64,000 nucleotides of DNA from Octopus vulgaris (taxonomy: Eukaryota): contig OX597814.1 of NCBI GenBank assembly GCA_951406725.2, positions 6,448,001 through 6,512,000 on the forward strand, read 5' to 3'. Shown here one piece after another: positions 63,957 through 64,000 of the stretch (its first letter is position 1; the number at the start of each line of letters is the position of its first letter). The translations under genes and the position numbers were made by a program. A model generated the notes under the pieces. That model was not told where the DNA came from, did no database searches, and saw nothing but the letters and a program-made list of their open reading frames with translations.

Positions 63957-64000
63957 CTGATGGAAATACAGATTCCAGATAAAAAAAGGAAAAAGTATGA

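Larger units (their letters stand above)
63132..64000. repeat. Identical 45-bp direct repeat at 63132-63176 and 63956-64000 (second copy cut by window end)
   Basis: actgatggaaatacagattccagataaaaaaaggaaaaagtatga, offset 824 bp. Confidence 0.92.

Overview
AT-rich, repeat-dominated eukaryotic DNA, most likely an octopus or other coleoid cephalopod intronic/intergenic region (inferred from the SINE families and microsatellite style, not from a database search). Almost none of the supplied ORFs look like real genes; they come from microsatellites, SINEs and tandem repeats. The window holds dozens of copies of five short interspersed families: four tRNA-headed SINEs (my labels A, B, D, E) and an RTE-tail element (C) with an internal 61-68 bp VNTR. 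It also holds decayed LINEs of three groups (R4/Dong-type with RT, CCHC and restriction-like endonuclease; RTE; CR1/Jockey-group), TTAA/piggyBac-type MITEs including a 5-copy tandem array, a TA-flanked TIR element, a Helitron 3' end, 32-bp and 63-bp minisatellites, and several fold-back palindromes, one carrying a minimal hammerhead-ribozyme motif. The best host-gene evidence is a pair of in-frame minus-strand exons at the right edge (63878-63956, 63641-63745); the product is unrecognised. I found no CRISPR array, rRNA or true tRNA gene. I did not find a clear-cut novel system. The best leads are the VNTR-expanding RTE-tail element, the hammerhead fold-back, a PHD-like finger inside an RTE reverse transcriptase, and a duplicated splice acceptor fused to a retroelement.
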